NCBI GenBank assembly: GCA_036001645.1
Contig: DASYUC010000145.1
Location: 1,534-65,533 of the forward strand
From: Candidatus Limnocylindria bacterium
GTDB taxonomy: Bacteria > Chloroflexota > Limnocylindria > P2-11E
Direction: 5' to 3'
DNA: 64,000 nucleotides
In this document: piece after piece, positions 18,289-27,669 of the stretch
Layout: each line of letters opens with the position of its first letter
Numbering within the stretch: position 1 is the first letter of the stretch
Notes under the pieces: model-generated
The model's input: only the letters and a program-made list of their open reading frames with translations
What the model was told of the DNA's origin: nothing
Database searches by the model: none
Translations under genes and position numbers: made by a program

Positions 18289-19262
18289 CGAACGCGGCTT
18301 ATGACGAAGTCGGCGACGTCGCGGAGAGCTTCACGCTCGCCACGCGCGGGCAGGCCGTCGAGCGCACGAAGAGCGGCGTCATGGAATCCCAGTGCACGCG
18401 CGCGTGCTCGCTCCGGTCCGCCGCTTGCGCGGATGATCCGCAGCAGGTCGACCACCTCGCCGTGCGACTTGCCCGGCGCGACGATGCGTCTCGCGAGCTC
18501 GCCGTCCTGGCCACCCGATTCGGCGGCGTAGATCATCGGGAGCGTCGCCATCCCCTCCTCGAGGTCGCGGCCGACCGCTTTGCCGAACTCGGCCTCGTCC
18601 CCGACGAGATCGAGGATGTCGTCGGTCATTTGGAACGCGAGACCCAGGTTCGTCCCGAAGGCGCCAAGCGCGGCCACGTGCTCGGGGTCGGCCTCCGTGA
18701 GGAGCGCTGCCCCCTGGCAGCACGCGGCATAGAGCGACGCGGTCTTGAGCTCGATGCGCTCGAGGTACTCGGCTTCGGTCGGCATCGTCGGTGGCGAGGT
18801 GACCTCGTTGAGCTCGCCGTCGCAGAGGGCGAACACGGTCTGCGCGACGATCGCGATCACCTCGGGCTTCGGCAGGACCGCCGCAAGCGCGTATGCCTTC
18901 GCGAAGAGATAGTCACCGACGATGAGCGCGACATCGCCATCCCACATCGCGTTGACCGTGGGGATGTTCCGGCGGACATCGGCGCGATCGACGATGTCGT
19001 CGTGGACGAGCGACGCGGTGTGCACGAGCTCGAGCGACTGGGCGAGGTTGAGCACGGTCTCCGGGTCATCACGGGTCCCGAACCGCGCCGAGAGGAAGAC
19101 GAGCGTGGGGCGGAGAAGCTTGCCGGGGGTCTGAAATACGTGTTCCACGGCCGCCTGGAACGTCGGATGACCACCACGACCCACCGCGAGGAGCCGGCGT
19201 TCGAGTTCCCTGAGCTCCCCCTCTACCGGCGCGTAGAACGCCGCACTCGACACCGCTCCCAC
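18285..19262 (-). CDS. Polyprenyl diphosphate synthase (trans-IPPS, long chain)
   Basis: First and second Asp-rich motifs LVHDDIVD and FQMTDDILD. Confidence 0.85.
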   Translation of the reverse strand: MGAVSSAAFYAPVEGELRELERRLLAVGRGGHPTFQAAVEHVFQTPGKLLRPTLVFLSARFGTRDDPETVLNLAQSLELVHTASLVHDDIVDRADVRRNIPTVNAMWDGDVALIVGDYLFAKAYALAAVLPKPEVIAIVAQTVFALCDGELNEVTSPPTMPTEAEYLERIELKTASLYAACCQGAALLTEADPEHVAALGAFGTNLGLAFQMTDDILDLVGDEAEFGKAVGRDLEEGMATLPMIYAAESGGQDGELARRIVAPGKSHGEVVDLLRIIRASGGPERARARALGFHDAALRALDGLPARGEREALRDVADFVISRVR

Positions 19263-19306
19263 AAGCCCAGTCTAGGTGCGCGTCGCGTACATGCGTACGC
19301 GCGGGG

Positions 19307-19367
19307 CAGCTATCGGACGCGTCGCGAGCGAGAGTCGAGACCGCGGTATCGGGCGATGTGCCCGCTG
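19307..19367 (+). repeat. Partial copy (C) of the GC-rich palindromic intergenic repeat family
   Basis: GAGCGAGAGTCGAGACCGCGGTATC matches the copy B interior at 22/25. GCGATGTGCCCGCTG matches the copy B arm at 14/15. The central ~45 nt are missing. Confidence 0.6.
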
Positions 19368-19374
19368 TCGACCC

Positions 19375-21726
19375 TTACGGCCGCTTGGTCGGTTTCGGTG
19401 TCGGGAGCGGACGCGGCGGCGGCGTCGCCGACGGACGTGGGAGGGCGGACGGATTCGCCGAGGGTGACGTCGATGGCTTCGGTGCGAAGCCGCAGATGTT
19501 CCAGCTGAAGCGTCCGTAGCTATATGTGCCCGAGACCGCGCCCGAAGCCCAGGAGTTGTAGTACGGCTGCCAGTCGGCGAACGGCGCGATCAGGCGGATG
19601 CCGCATGAGGTGTAGAAGTCGGCGTCGTTCGTCTTGGGCTCCGTGCCCTCCACGTAGTGCTCGTTGAAGCGGAAGCCGCTGGGGCAGGACGGGCCGGGCA
19701 GCATGCCGGAGCCGTTTCCGCCCATCTTCGACGGGTTCACGCACACCGTACGATCGACGATGCCCGCGGGCTTGTCGTACCACGTGGGCGGGAGCCCCCC
19801 GACGACGGTCTTCATGTAGTCGCGCCACAGCACGCCGGGGCCGAGCGCGGACGAGATGCCCTTCATCTCGGAGTTGTCGGAGTTGCCCATCCAGATCGCC
19901 GTGAGGCGCTGGGGCACCCAGCCGATCGCGAGCACATCCTTCTGGTCGTCGGTCGTTCCGGTCTTGAGCGCGGCGGTCCGGCCGATGTTGGTCCACGGGC
20001 CGAACACGAACGAGCCCTCCGGGTTGGTGTTGTCCTTGAGGATGTCGGCCATGATCCACGCCTGCCGTGGATCGAGGACCTGCTTTCCCTCGGGCTTGGA
20101 CCAGTCGCGCACGACCTTCCCGTTCGGATCGACGATCTTGTGGATGAACGTTGGCTCGACTCGCACGCCCATGTTCGCGATGACCTGATAGGCGCTCGCC
20201 ATGTCGATGAGGCGCATCTCGCCCGCGCCGATGCCGAACGACAGACCGAGCTGGGTGCGGTCCCAGTCCCGGTCGATGCCGAGCTGGTGGATCGTGTCGA
20301 TGATCGCGTCGATGCCGACGGTCCGCGTGACCTGAAGCGCGGGCAGGTTCAGCGACTCGCGCAGCGCCTGGCGCATCGTGGTCGGGCCGTGCTGCTCCCG
20401 CGTGGCGTCCTTGGGCTCGTAGAAGGTCCCGCTGCCGTCCGGCATCCGCCATTGGATGTCGTAGAGACGCGTCGATGCCGTCATTCCCGCTTTGAGCATC
20501 CCGGTGAGGTAGGTGAACAGCTTGAACGTCGAGCCCGGCTGCCGGTACGCGATGCCGGCGTGGTCGTAGTCGCCCTGCATCTTCGGCGTGTTGCCGTAGT
20601 AGTCGTAGCTGCCGACGTAGGCGAGGATCTCACCGGTCGTGGGATCGATCGTGATCAGTGCCGCGTTGTTCACGTTGAAGCCTTTCAGGCTGTCGACGTG
20701 ATCGCGGACTTCCTTCTCCGCGAGCTGCTGCATGTTCCAGTCGAGCGTCGTAAAGACGGTGTAGCCGCCGCGATACGCGGCCTTCTCGCCGAGCTCCCGG
20801 ATGATCTGCTCGCGAACGCGGAACGTGAAGTGCGCCGCGTAGAGGGACGTCGATGCGGCTTTCACGACGATGGGCTCGGCCTTCGCCGCGTCGGCCTCGC
20901 TCACGGTGATGTAATTGCTCTCGACCATCGCGTCGAGGACCTGCGCACGCCGCGCCTTCGCGGCACCCGGGTTCTGCACCGGATCGTAGTCCGACGGTCG
21001 CTGCGCGAGACCGGCGAGCATCGCCATCTGTCCGAGCGTCAGCTTCATGAGGTCGGGCTGGTCGAAGTAGGTCTTGGCGGCGGCCTCGATCCCGTAGGCC
21101 TGATTGCCGTAGTAGATCTGATTCAGGTACATCTCGAGGATCTGCTTCTTGCTGAACGTGCGGGTGGCCTCCATCGCCAGGATCGCTTCCTTGATCTTTC
21201 GCGTGAAGGTCGGCTCGTCGCCGAGCAGCCGCGTCTTGATCAGCTGTTGCGTGATCGTCGAGCCACCCTGCGAGATCGTGCCGCTCGCCGCGTTCGCGTT
21301 CATCGCGCGGACGATGCCGCCGATGTCGATCCCCGGATTCGACCAGAAGGACTTGTCCTCGATCGCGATCGTCGCTTCCTGCATCCTCTGCGGGACGGCG
21401 TCGAGGCTCACGAGCTCGCGGCGCTCCTCCTCGAGCGTGTAAAGGAGATGCTCACCCGAGCGATCCCAGATCTTCGTGGTCTGCGGGATCGGGATCGTCG
21501 CGAGGTCGTGCGCGGCCGGCAGGTCGGCGGCGAAGTAGCCGAACACGGCCGCCGCCGCCACGCCCCCGAGGGCGAGCATCGCCAGGAAGAAGGCGCTGAT
21601 CCCGCCGGCCAGTGGGCCAAGCCGTTGACCGGCTCCAGGGCGGCGGGAAAGACGCCCGCCCTTCCGTAGTGGAAAGCGATACGAGCGGTAAGAGCGTCCC
21701 AGGGTGGACCGACCCGCGGATGCCAT
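19375..21726 (-). CDS. Class A penicillin-binding protein (transglycosylase/transpeptidase)
   Basis: GT51 motifs (IAIEDKSFW, GGSTITQQL), transpeptidase STFK and KTGTT, N-terminal TM, and a Pro/Ser/Thr-rich C-terminal tail. Confidence 0.9.
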   Translation of the reverse strand: MASAGRSTLGRSYRSYRFPLRKGGRLSRRPGAGQRLGPLAGGISAFFLAMLALGGVAAAAVFGYFAADLPAAHDLATIPIPQTTKIWDRSGEHLLYTLEEERRELVSLDAVPQRMQEATIAIEDKSFWSNPGIDIGGIVRAMNANAASGTISQGGSTITQQLIKTRLLGDEPTFTRKIKEAILAMEATRTFSKKQILEMYLNQIYYGNQAYGIEAAAKTYFDQPDLMKLTLGQMAMLAGLAQRPSDYDPVQNPGAAKARRAQVLDAMVESNYITVSEADAAKAEPIVVKAASTSLYAAHFTFRVREQIIRELGEKAAYRGGYTVFTTLDWNMQQLAEKEVRDHVDSLKGFNVNNAALITIDPTTGEILAYVGSYDYYGNTPKMQGDYDHAGIAYRQPGSTFKLFTYLTGMLKAGMTASTRLYDIQWRMPDGSGTFYEPKDATREQHGPTTMRQALRESLNLPALQVTRTVGIDAIIDTIHQLGIDRDWDRTQLGLSFGIGAGEMRLIDMASAYQVIANMGVRVEPTFIHKIVDPNGKVVRDWSKPEGKQVLDPRQAWIMADILKDNTNPEGSFVFGPWTNIGRTAALKTGTTDDQKDVLAIGWVPQRLTAIWMGNSDNSEMKGISSALGPGVLWRDYMKTVVGGLPPTWYDKPAGIVDRTVCVNPSKMGGNGSGMLPGPSCPSGFRFNEHYVEGTEPKTNDADFYTSCGIRLIAPFADWQPYYNSWASGAVSGTYSYGRFSWNICGFAPKPSTSPSANPSALPRPSATPPPRPLPTPKPTKRP

Positions 21727-21775
21727 GCGCAGGGTGTAACGAATGCACGCCTCGTGCCATTAGCAGGGCGCTAGG

Positions 21776-22207
21776 TCATCGCCTGGTCGGCAGCAACCCA
21801 CTCAAGCGCCGCAGCAGCTTCGCGAGCGGCGAGGACGGGGGTGCGGCGAGCGCCTCCCGGAGGCCGCGCTGGGCGGCTCTCGCATCGCCCTCCCAGGTCT
21901 CGATGAGCGCGCGATCGTCGTCCCGAAGCGTGTTCGCAGGACCGCGGCGTTCCATCGCCGACTCGGTATCGGCGACCCGCGAATAGAGGTCGGCGAGCGG
22001 GGTGAACGCGGCGGCAAGACCGCTTTCGATCGTCGCGCGGTGTCGCGTGAATTCGCCGATCTCGAGCACGACGGCCTGATGCGTCTGGTCGAACATGGAC
22101 GTGAGCTCGAGGTTCGCCGCGAGCTCGCGATCGACGTCGGCGACCGCGCGTTCCAGGCGGCGCCGCTCTTCCCCGTCTGGCTGTCGGAAGATCCAGGGGA
22201 ACCCCAC
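21776..22207 (-). CDS. Hypothetical protein (143 aa)
   Basis: ORF only. It is divergent from the AAA ATPase gene. Confidence 0.4.
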   Translation of the reverse strand: MGFPWIFRQPDGEERRRLERAVADVDRELAANLELTSMFDQTHQAVVLEIGEFTRHRATIESGLAAAFTPLADLYSRVADTESAMERRGPANTLRDDDRALIETWEGDARAAQRGLREALAAPPSSPLAKLLRRLSGLLPTRR

Positions 22208-22282
22208 GCGACGATGCTCCCATAGCGGCGTGCATGCATCGCGTGATACCTATTGATACATCTCATGTATATTCGGGGTGAC

Positions 22283-23482
22283 ATGCCGGGACCCTTCGGA
22301 CGCGTGAGCGCTCCCCCGCCTCATTTTCCCGTCGGCGGACCCGTGCCGGCGTCCGACCTCGTCGGCCGTGAGACCTACATCCGCCGCCTGGTCGAGCGCC
22401 TGGGCGATGGCAATCACGTGCTCGTCGCCGGCCCGCGACGCATCGGCAAGACGTCGATCATCTTCGAGGTACTCCGACGACTGAAGCGCCGCGGTGCGCT
22501 CACGGCGTACGTTGACTGCCTCGGAGCAACGGATATCCGCGGTCTCGGCGAGCGGCTGATCGATGCGGTCCTCGAGAACGTCTCGGGGGTCGAGCGCAGC
22601 TTCGAGCAGGCCAAAGCGGTCGCCGCGGGAATGCGTCCCTCGGTGAAGGTGAAGTACGAGCACATCGAGCTCGCGCTGCAGCTCGCGCGCGAGAAGAACG
22701 CGCAACGCTTCTTCGAGGGAGCGCTCGATCTACCGCGGGCGCTCGCGTCGCGGACGGGCAAGCGTGTCGTGGTCGCGTTCGACGAGTTCCAGGCCGCCGG
22801 CCGCCTCGGCCCGCGCGTGTTCGACGTCATGCGCACCCACTTCCAGGCCCAGAAGGGTGTCGCGTACGCGTTCCTCGGCTCGGAGGAGGGGATCCTCGAG
22901 GAGCTCTTCAGCGAGAAGGGTCGCGCCTTCTACCGGTTCGCGGTCCCGATCGACCTCGCGGAAGCCGGCGGTCATCGCTTCGGCATCGCGCCGGACGACT
23001 GGCTCACCTACCTGCGCGAGAAGTTCGCGGAGAAGAAGATCGCGATCGACGACACCAGCGTCGATCGGCTGCTCGACGCGACCGGCGGGCATCCGCAGGA
23101 CACGATGCAGGTGTGCGCCGCCCTCTACTACCTCATGCGCGACGCGGCACAGCGCGTGGTGACGGCCGACCTGCTCGCCATCGCGTACGAGCAGGCGCTG
23201 CGCGAGCTCGAGCGACCGTTCGCGCTCCACTGGTCCGAGCTCGGAAAGCAGAAGTACCTGCAACTCGTCGCGACGCGCGTCGCGCAAGGCGCCGTGCTGT
23301 TCGCGTCGGAAACGACACCGGCGGTGCCGCGGCCCGAGGTCCTGCGCGCACTCGAGTCACTGCGGGCTCGCGGCCTCGTGACTCGGCTCGGTCGCGGGCG
23401 CTACGAATTCGTCGAGCCGATGTTCGGCGAATACGTCCGCCGAGTGGCGGGGACCGAAGCCTATATCGTTCCGAAGCGCTGA
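22283..23482 (+). CDS. ATP-binding protein, AAA/Arch_ATPase-like with C-terminal wHTH
   Basis: VLVAGPRRIGKTSI Walker A and VVVAFDEFQ Walker B. The ATG at 22283 follows GGGGTG and is preferred; the track start at 22253 lies inside an AT-rich promoter-like patch. Confidence 0.7.
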   Translation: MPGPFGRVSAPPPHFPVGGPVPASDLVGRETYIRRLVERLGDGNHVLVAGPRRIGKTSIIFEVLRRLKRRGALTAYVDCLGATDIRGLGERLIDAVLENVSGVERSFEQAKAVAAGMRPSVKVKYEHIELALQLAREKNAQRFFEGALDLPRALASRTGKRVVVAFDEFQAAGRLGPRVFDVMRTHFQAQKGVAYAFLGSEEGILEELFSEKGRAFYRFAVPIDLAEAGGHRFGIAPDDWLTYLREKFAEKKIAIDDTSVDRLLDATGGHPQDTMQVCAALYYLMRDAAQRVVTADLLAIAYEQALRELERPFALHWSELGKQKYLQLVATRVAQGAVLFASETTPAVPRPEVLRALESLRARGLVTRLGRGRYEFVEPMFGEYVRRVAGTEAYIVPKR

Positions 23483-23676
23483 TGGCACTGACACTCGAGC
23501 TACGGAAGGGCGCGCGGGTGCTGTACAGAGATCCGATCGAGGACACCTGGCGCCAGGGTCAGCTCGTTCGCGGCTCGCCGAACGGCGAGGAGTGGCTGAT
23601 CAAGGACCGCTTCGGTCAGTACTGGGTGCCGGTGACCCAGCTGCGACCCGCATCGGAGCCGCAGCCGGGTCACTAG
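23482..23676 (+). CDS. Small hypothetical protein (64 aa)
   Basis: The ATG overlaps the ATPase stop (TGATG). Family not recognised. Confidence 0.4.
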   Translation: MALTLELRKGARVLYRDPIEDTWRQGQLVRGSPNGEEWLIKDRFGQYWVPVTQLRPASEPQPGH

Positions 23677-23678
23677 GT

Positions 23679-23942
23679 CTAGACCGTGGTCGTCGCGCGA
23701 CTGCCGACCGCTCGCCAGATCAAGAGCACGATGATCGAGCCGAGGATCGAGCCGACGAGACCGGCAGCCGAGATCTCGAGCGTGCCGCCGAACAGCAGTG
23801 CTGCGAGCGTTCCGCCGACGAGAGAGCCGACGATGCCCAGGACCATCGTCCCGAGCCAGCCCATGGGATCGGGACCGGGCACGAGCGCGCGAGCGATGAA
23901 GCCCGCGACGAGCCCGACGAGCAGGAATGCGATTATGCCCAC
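23679..23942 (-). CDS. GlsB/YeaQ/YmgE-family (transglycosylase-associated) membrane protein
   Basis: MGIIAFLLVGLVAGFIARALVPG...GIVGSLVGG is a typical Gly-zipper TM pattern. Confidence 0.8.
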   Translation of the reverse strand: MGIIAFLLVGLVAGFIARALVPGPDPMGWLGTMVLGIVGSLVGGTLAALLFGGTLEISAAGLVGSILGSIIVLLIWRAVGSRATTTV

Positions 23943-24006
23943 GTGAACACCTCCGCGGAAATATCGGGAAAGGGGGGTGCAGGAGGCGTGCCGTGGGCTT
24001 TTGCTG

Positions 24007-24078
24007 TACCCCCGAGGCGGATCGAACGCCTGTCTACGGCTTCGGAGGCCGCCGCTCTATCCACTGAGCTACGGGGGC
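24007..24078 (-). tRNA. tRNA-Arg (anticodon CCG)
   Basis: Reverse complement GCCCCCGTAGCTCAGTGGATAGAGCGGCGGCCTCCGAAGCCGTAGACAGGCGTTCGATCCGCCTCGGGGGTA folds as a cloverleaf. The anticodon loop is CTCCGAA. No CCA is encoded. Confidence 0.85.
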
Positions 24079-24115
24079 GAACGGGTCGATTGTACCTACG
24101 CTAGCGTGACGTCAG

Positions 24116-24862
24116 ATGTCCGTTAGCGTGAACACGATGTCCGACCGCGACAAGGAGCTATCGCTCGTCCAGCACTTGGGGGAGTTCCGCGACCGCCTCA
24201 TGGTGGCGTCGATCGCGGTGGTCGTCACGACGGCGATCTCGTTCGTCTTCACGACGGAGATCATCAAGCTCCTCATCCTTCCGGTCGGCGAGGGGATCAA
24301 GCTGTCGTCGTTCAACCCGACCGAGAACTTCGCGACCTACATGCGCGTGGCGCTGTTCAGCGGCATCGCGCTCGCCATGCCCGTCATCCTGTACGAGATC
24401 TACGCGTACATCGATCCAGCGCTGCATGCCAACGAGCGCCGCTTCGCGTTGACGCTGGGCCCGTTCATCCTGCTCTTGTTCGTCGGCGGGATGCTCTTCT
24501 GCTACTTCTTCGTGTTGCCGAACGCCCTGAAGTTCCTCATCAACTTCGCGAGCGACGTGTTCGAGAATCAGCTTCGGGCCTCGGAATACCTCTCGTTCGT
24601 CACGACGTTCATCCTCGGGATGGGCATCGTCTTCGAAATGCCGGTGCTGATCTTTGCGCTGATCAAGGTCGGAGTCGTCCGGCATTCATGGCTCGCGAAG
24701 CAGCGGCGCTACGTCGTCGTCGTCGTCCTCATCGTCGCGGCGATCGTGACCCCCACACCCGACCCCTTCAATCAGCTCCTGGTCGCGATCCCTATGTATC
24801 TCCTGTTCGAGATCGGTCTTTTCCTCGGACGCTTCGGCGGAGGTCGTCGAGCCGCATCTTGA
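24116..24862 (+). CDS. tatC: Twin-arginine translocase subunit TatC
   Basis: [13 protein letters not shown]-terminus and a six-TM TatC pattern. Confidence 0.9.
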   Translation: MSVSVNTMSDRDKELSLVQHLGEFRDRLMVASIAVVVTTAISFVFTTEIIKLLILPVGEGIKLSSFNPTENFATYMRVALFSGIALAMPVILYEIYAYIDPALHANERRFALTLGPFILLLFVGGMLFCYFFVLPNALKFLINFASDVFENQLRASEYLSFVTTFILGMGIVFEMPVLIFALIKVGVVRHSWLAKQRRYVVVVVLIVAAIVTPTPDPFNQLLVAIPMYLLFEIGLFLGRFGGGRRAAS

Positions 24863-26111
24863 GCTTCGCCTCCGCTCCGAGGTCCGTCGGCACGTAGTAG
24901 CGGCGGCCCTGGAGCGACTCGGGGAGGTAGGTCGTGTCGGGCGCGACGTGATCGTCGTAGTCGTGCGCGTACTTGTAGTCCTTCCCGTATCCGAGCTTGG
25001 ACATGAGCGGCGTCGGCGCATTGCGCAGGTGCAGCGGCACCGGGTCCGCGCGGGTCTCGGCGAGGTCCTTCTGCAGCTCCCCGAGGCCACGCTTCAGTGA
25101 GTCCGACTTCGGCGCGAGCGCCAGGTACACGGTCGCCTCCGCCAGGGGGAACCACCCCTCGGGAAATCCGATGAGATGCGTCGCCTGCTGCGCCGCGGAC
25201 GCGATGACCAACGCCTGCGGATCGGCGAGCCCGATGTCCTCGCCGGCGAGGATGACGATGCGACGCGCGATGAACATCGGGTCCTCGCCCGCGTCGATCA
25301 TGCGCATGAGCCAATAGAGCGCGGCATCCGGATCCGATCCGCGGACGCTCTTGATGAACGCGCTGATCGTGTCGTAGTGCTGATCGCCGGCGCGGTCGTA
25401 GAGCAGGCTGCGGCGCTGCATGGCCTCGCGGACGTCCGGCAGTCCGATGAGACGCATGCCTTCCGCGTTCGGCGCGATCGCGTCGGAGGCAAGCTCGAGC
25501 GCGTTGAGCGCGACGCGCGCGTCACCGTTGGACACCGCGACGAGCGCATCTTCGGCCTCCGTCGTGAGAGACACCTTGCCGGCGAGACCTCGCTCGTCCG
25601 TCAGCGCGCGGCGCACGATGATGCGGACGTCGTCTTCCGATAGCGGCTGCAGCACGTAGACGCGCGATCGCGACAGGAGCGCAGAATTCACCTCGAACGA
25701 AGGGTTCTCGGTCGTAGCGCCGAGGAAGGTGACGTCACCGTTCTCGACGTACGGAAGGACCACGTCCTGCTGCGCCTTGTTGAAGCGGTGGATCTCGTCG
25801 ATGAAGAGCACCGTGCCCTGGTTCGTCAGCTGCCGCAGCTTGCGCGACTCCTCGATGATCTTTCGCAGCTCTGCGACGCCGCTCGACACCGCGGAGATCG
25901 CCACGAAGCGCGCCTTGGCCTTCTTCGCGGCGATCGCGGCGAGCGTCGTCTTCCCCGTTCCGGGTGGTCCCCACAGGATCATCGAAGGAAGCTGCCCGGC
26001 GTCGATCGCCCGACGGAGCATGCGGTCGTCGCCGACGAGATGCGGCTGGCCAACGAACTCGTCGAGGTCGCGCGGACGCATGCGCGCGGCGAGGGGCTGC
26101 GGGGACGGCAT
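24792..26111 (-). CDS. rarA: Replication-associated recombination protein A (AAA ATPase)
   Basis: [30 protein letters not shown], and [11 protein letters not shown]. Confidence 0.9.
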   Translation of the reverse strand: MPSPQPLAARMRPRDLDEFVGQPHLVGDDRMLRRAIDAGQLPSMILWGPPGTGKTTLAAIAAKKAKARFVAISAVSSGVAELRKIIEESRKLRQLTNQGTVLFIDEIHRFNKAQQDVVLPYVENGDVTFLGATTENPSFEVNSALLSRSRVYVLQPLSEDDVRIIVRRALTDERGLAGKVSLTTEAEDALVAVSNGDARVALNALELASDAIAPNAEGMRLIGLPDVREAMQRRSLLYDRAGDQHYDTISAFIKSVRGSDPDAALYWLMRMIDAGEDPMFIARRIVILAGEDIGLADPQALVIASAAQQATHLIGFPEGWFPLAEATVYLALAPKSDSLKRGLGELQKDLAETRADPVPLHLRNAPTPLMSKLGYGKDYKYAHDYDDHVAPDTTYLPESLQGRRYYVPTDLGAEAKLKMRLDDLRRSVRGKDRSRTGDT

Positions 26112-26131
26112 CAGCCGATTCTGACACCGGG

Positions 26132-26155
26132 ATCCCCCTCCCCCCGGGGTAGGAT
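26132..26155. promoter_or_regulatory. Candidate CsoR operator (C-tract/G-tract pseudo-palindrome)
   Basis: ATCCCCCTCCCCCCGGGGTAGGAT lies 7 nt upstream of the csoR-like GTG. It resembles known TACCC..GGGGTA-type CsoR boxes, but the symmetry is imperfect. Confidence 0.35.
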
Positions 26156-26161
26156 GCGGCC

Positions 26162-26428
26162 GTGAACGAAGAGACCCGCAAGGATGTCATCGCGAGGCTG
26201 CGTTCGATCGCCGGCCATCTGAAGGCGGTCGAGCGCATGGTCGAAGAGGACAAGTACTGCGTCGACGTGCTGAGGCAGACCATGGCCATCGAGAAAGCGC
26301 TCGACAAGGTCGACGCAGTTGTGCTCGAGCAGCATCTCGAGACCTGCGTCGCCGACGCGTTCCGCCAGGGACGCTCCGAGAAGACGGTGAAAGAGCTCGC
26401 GGAGATCTTCAGCACCGCTCGCAGGTGA
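26162..26428 (+). CDS. csoR: CsoR-family metal-sensing repressor (C-H-C fingerprint)
   Basis: [16 protein letters not shown]...YCVDVLRQ...EQHLETC has Cys, His and Cys at the Cu(I)-ligand positions. Confidence 0.8.
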   Translation: MNEETRKDVIARLRSIAGHLKAVERMVEEDKYCVDVLRQTMAIEKALDKVDAVVLEQHLETCVADAFRQGRSEKTVKELAEIFSTARR

Positions 26429-27303
26429 CACTCCTGTACGCCATTGGCGTCGGCGCGGTGGTGAATGTCATCGTCCTGATCGTCAGCATCGTCCTCCGCC
26501 TTTCGAACGTGCGGTTGGATTGGATCGCCGTGCCACCGGCCCTCCGCGCAGCCCTCTCCGTCAGCGAATCCCCGGCCATCGTCATCGCCGTCGCTGCCGG
26601 CACGATCGTCGCGGCACTCGGCATCGGAGCGCGCCGCGAGCTCGTCCGTCTCGCTCTGCTCGGGCTGGCCACGCACGCAGCGCTCGTCATCAACCGCTTT
26701 CTCGGTGTGGCCTTCACGGGCCGGGCCACAGGTGACGGCTCCGCCGACGCTTTTCTCCTCACACCCGAGGTCCTCGCGTTGCTCGCCGTCTGCCTTGTCC
26801 TTGGCATCGGGGTCGGTCTCATCGTCCGCGGCTTCCGATTGCGTGTTCGGTGGTGGCGACTTCCGGAACGCTTGGTGCCAGCCGCGGGTTTCGCTTTCGT
26901 GATCGGCACGGTCGCCAGCGTCCTATGGCCGGCACCATTCCTGGCCCAACTACTCGCCCCGACGGCGCTCGCGGGCGCGGTCCTCTCGCTGCCGCTGATC
27001 CTCGCGGGCCCGATCGCCGGCGGGGCGTACGCCTCTCGCGCCGGCGCGGATTACCGAGGCATCGCGCTCTTGGGTGCCTACATCACGCTGCCAGTGATCG
27101 TCACCCTAGTCGTCGGCACCGTCGCCGACGTTGGCCGGTTGAACGACCCGCGATTCGACGCCTTCGCGGGACAGCTGCGCGGGACGATCGCGCTCTCCTG
27201 GTTCCTGGTCGCGATGCGACTCGCCGGGTGGCCGCTCGGCGCCGCGTTTGTCCAGGGCTTCCTCACACCGGAGGCTTCCACCCGGGCGGAGCAGGCTCCC
27301 TAG
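26425..27303 (+). CDS. Polytopic membrane protein, unknown family (292 aa)
   Basis: The GTG overlaps the csoR stop (GTGA). It has ~8 hydrophobic segments and almost no Cys, His or Met. Confidence 0.55.
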   Translation: MTLLYAIGVGAVVNVIVLIVSIVLRLSNVRLDWIAVPPALRAALSVSESPAIVIAVAAGTIVAALGIGARRELVRLALLGLATHAALVINRFLGVAFTGRATGDGSADAFLLTPEVLALLAVCLVLGIGVGLIVRGFRLRVRWWRLPERLVPAAGFAFVIGTVASVLWPAPFLAQLLAPTALAGAVLSLPLILAGPIAGGAYASRAGADYRGIALLGAYITLPVIVTLVVGTVADVGRLNDPRFDAFAGQLRGTIALSWFLVAMRLAGWPLGAAFVQGFLTPEASTRAEQAP

Positions 27304-27305
27304 CC

Positions 27306-27334
27306 GATACTTCAACTATTCTTTAAGATACTTC
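27306..27334. promoter_or_regulatory. AT-rich patch with direct repeat GATACTTC-N13-GATACTTC upstream of an ArsR-family gene
   Basis: Repeats at 27306-27313 and 27327-27334, 21 bp start to start. This is the only AT-rich stretch in this spacer. Confidence 0.3.
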
Positions 27335-27369
27335 TCGGGCGGTCATCATGGCGTCCGTGAAGGGGAGCG

Positions 27370-27669
27370 ATGCTCAGTCAGTCGTACCTCCGCGAGCTGA
27401 AGGCGTTCCACCGCGCGCTCGGCGACGTCACGCGGCTCCGCGTCGTGCAGATCCTGGCGACCGAAGGTGAGTTCCCTGTCTCCGAGCTCGTTCGGCGTCT
27501 CCGGATCAGCGCGCCACTCATGTCGTGGCATCTGCGCCGCCTCGCCGGCGCGGGCATCGTCCGAACCGAGCGGGTCGGCCGCGAGGTCCGCTGCTCGTTC
27601 GATCGGGAGCGCTTCGCAGAGCTCCAGGAGCGGAGCTTCCGCGCGCTCGTGAATCGGTCGACGCCGTGA
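27370..27669 (+). CDS. ArsR-family transcriptional regulator (99 aa)
   Basis: LGDVTRLRVVQILA...VSELVRRLRISAPLMSWHLRRLAGAGIV is a wHTH. Confidence 0.8.
   Translation: MLSQSYLRELKAFHRALGDVTRLRVVQILATEGEFPVSELVRRLRISAPLMSWHLRRLAGAGIVRTERVGREVRCSFDRERFAELQERSFRALVNRSTP

Noticed and set aside
19284-19301. Hairpin CGCGTAC-ATGC-GTACGCG downstream of the PBP gene as a terminator.
   Set aside because: It has only a 7-bp stem and no U-tract. It cannot be distinguished from chance in this GC context.
22253-22273. TTGATA (22253-22258) and TATATT (22268-22273) as a sigma-70 -35/-10 pair.
   Set aside because: The spacing is only 9 nt, and alternative -35 candidates are weak. I kept it only as an AT-rich promoter-like patch.
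24792-24862. Convergent 3' overlaps of tatC/rarA (71 nt) and GT4/arsM (12461-12509, 49 nt), considered as possible frameshifts or antisense regulation.
   Set aside because: Both partners keep family-typical C-termini up to their stops. Convergent overlaps of this size are common in compact high-GC genomes.
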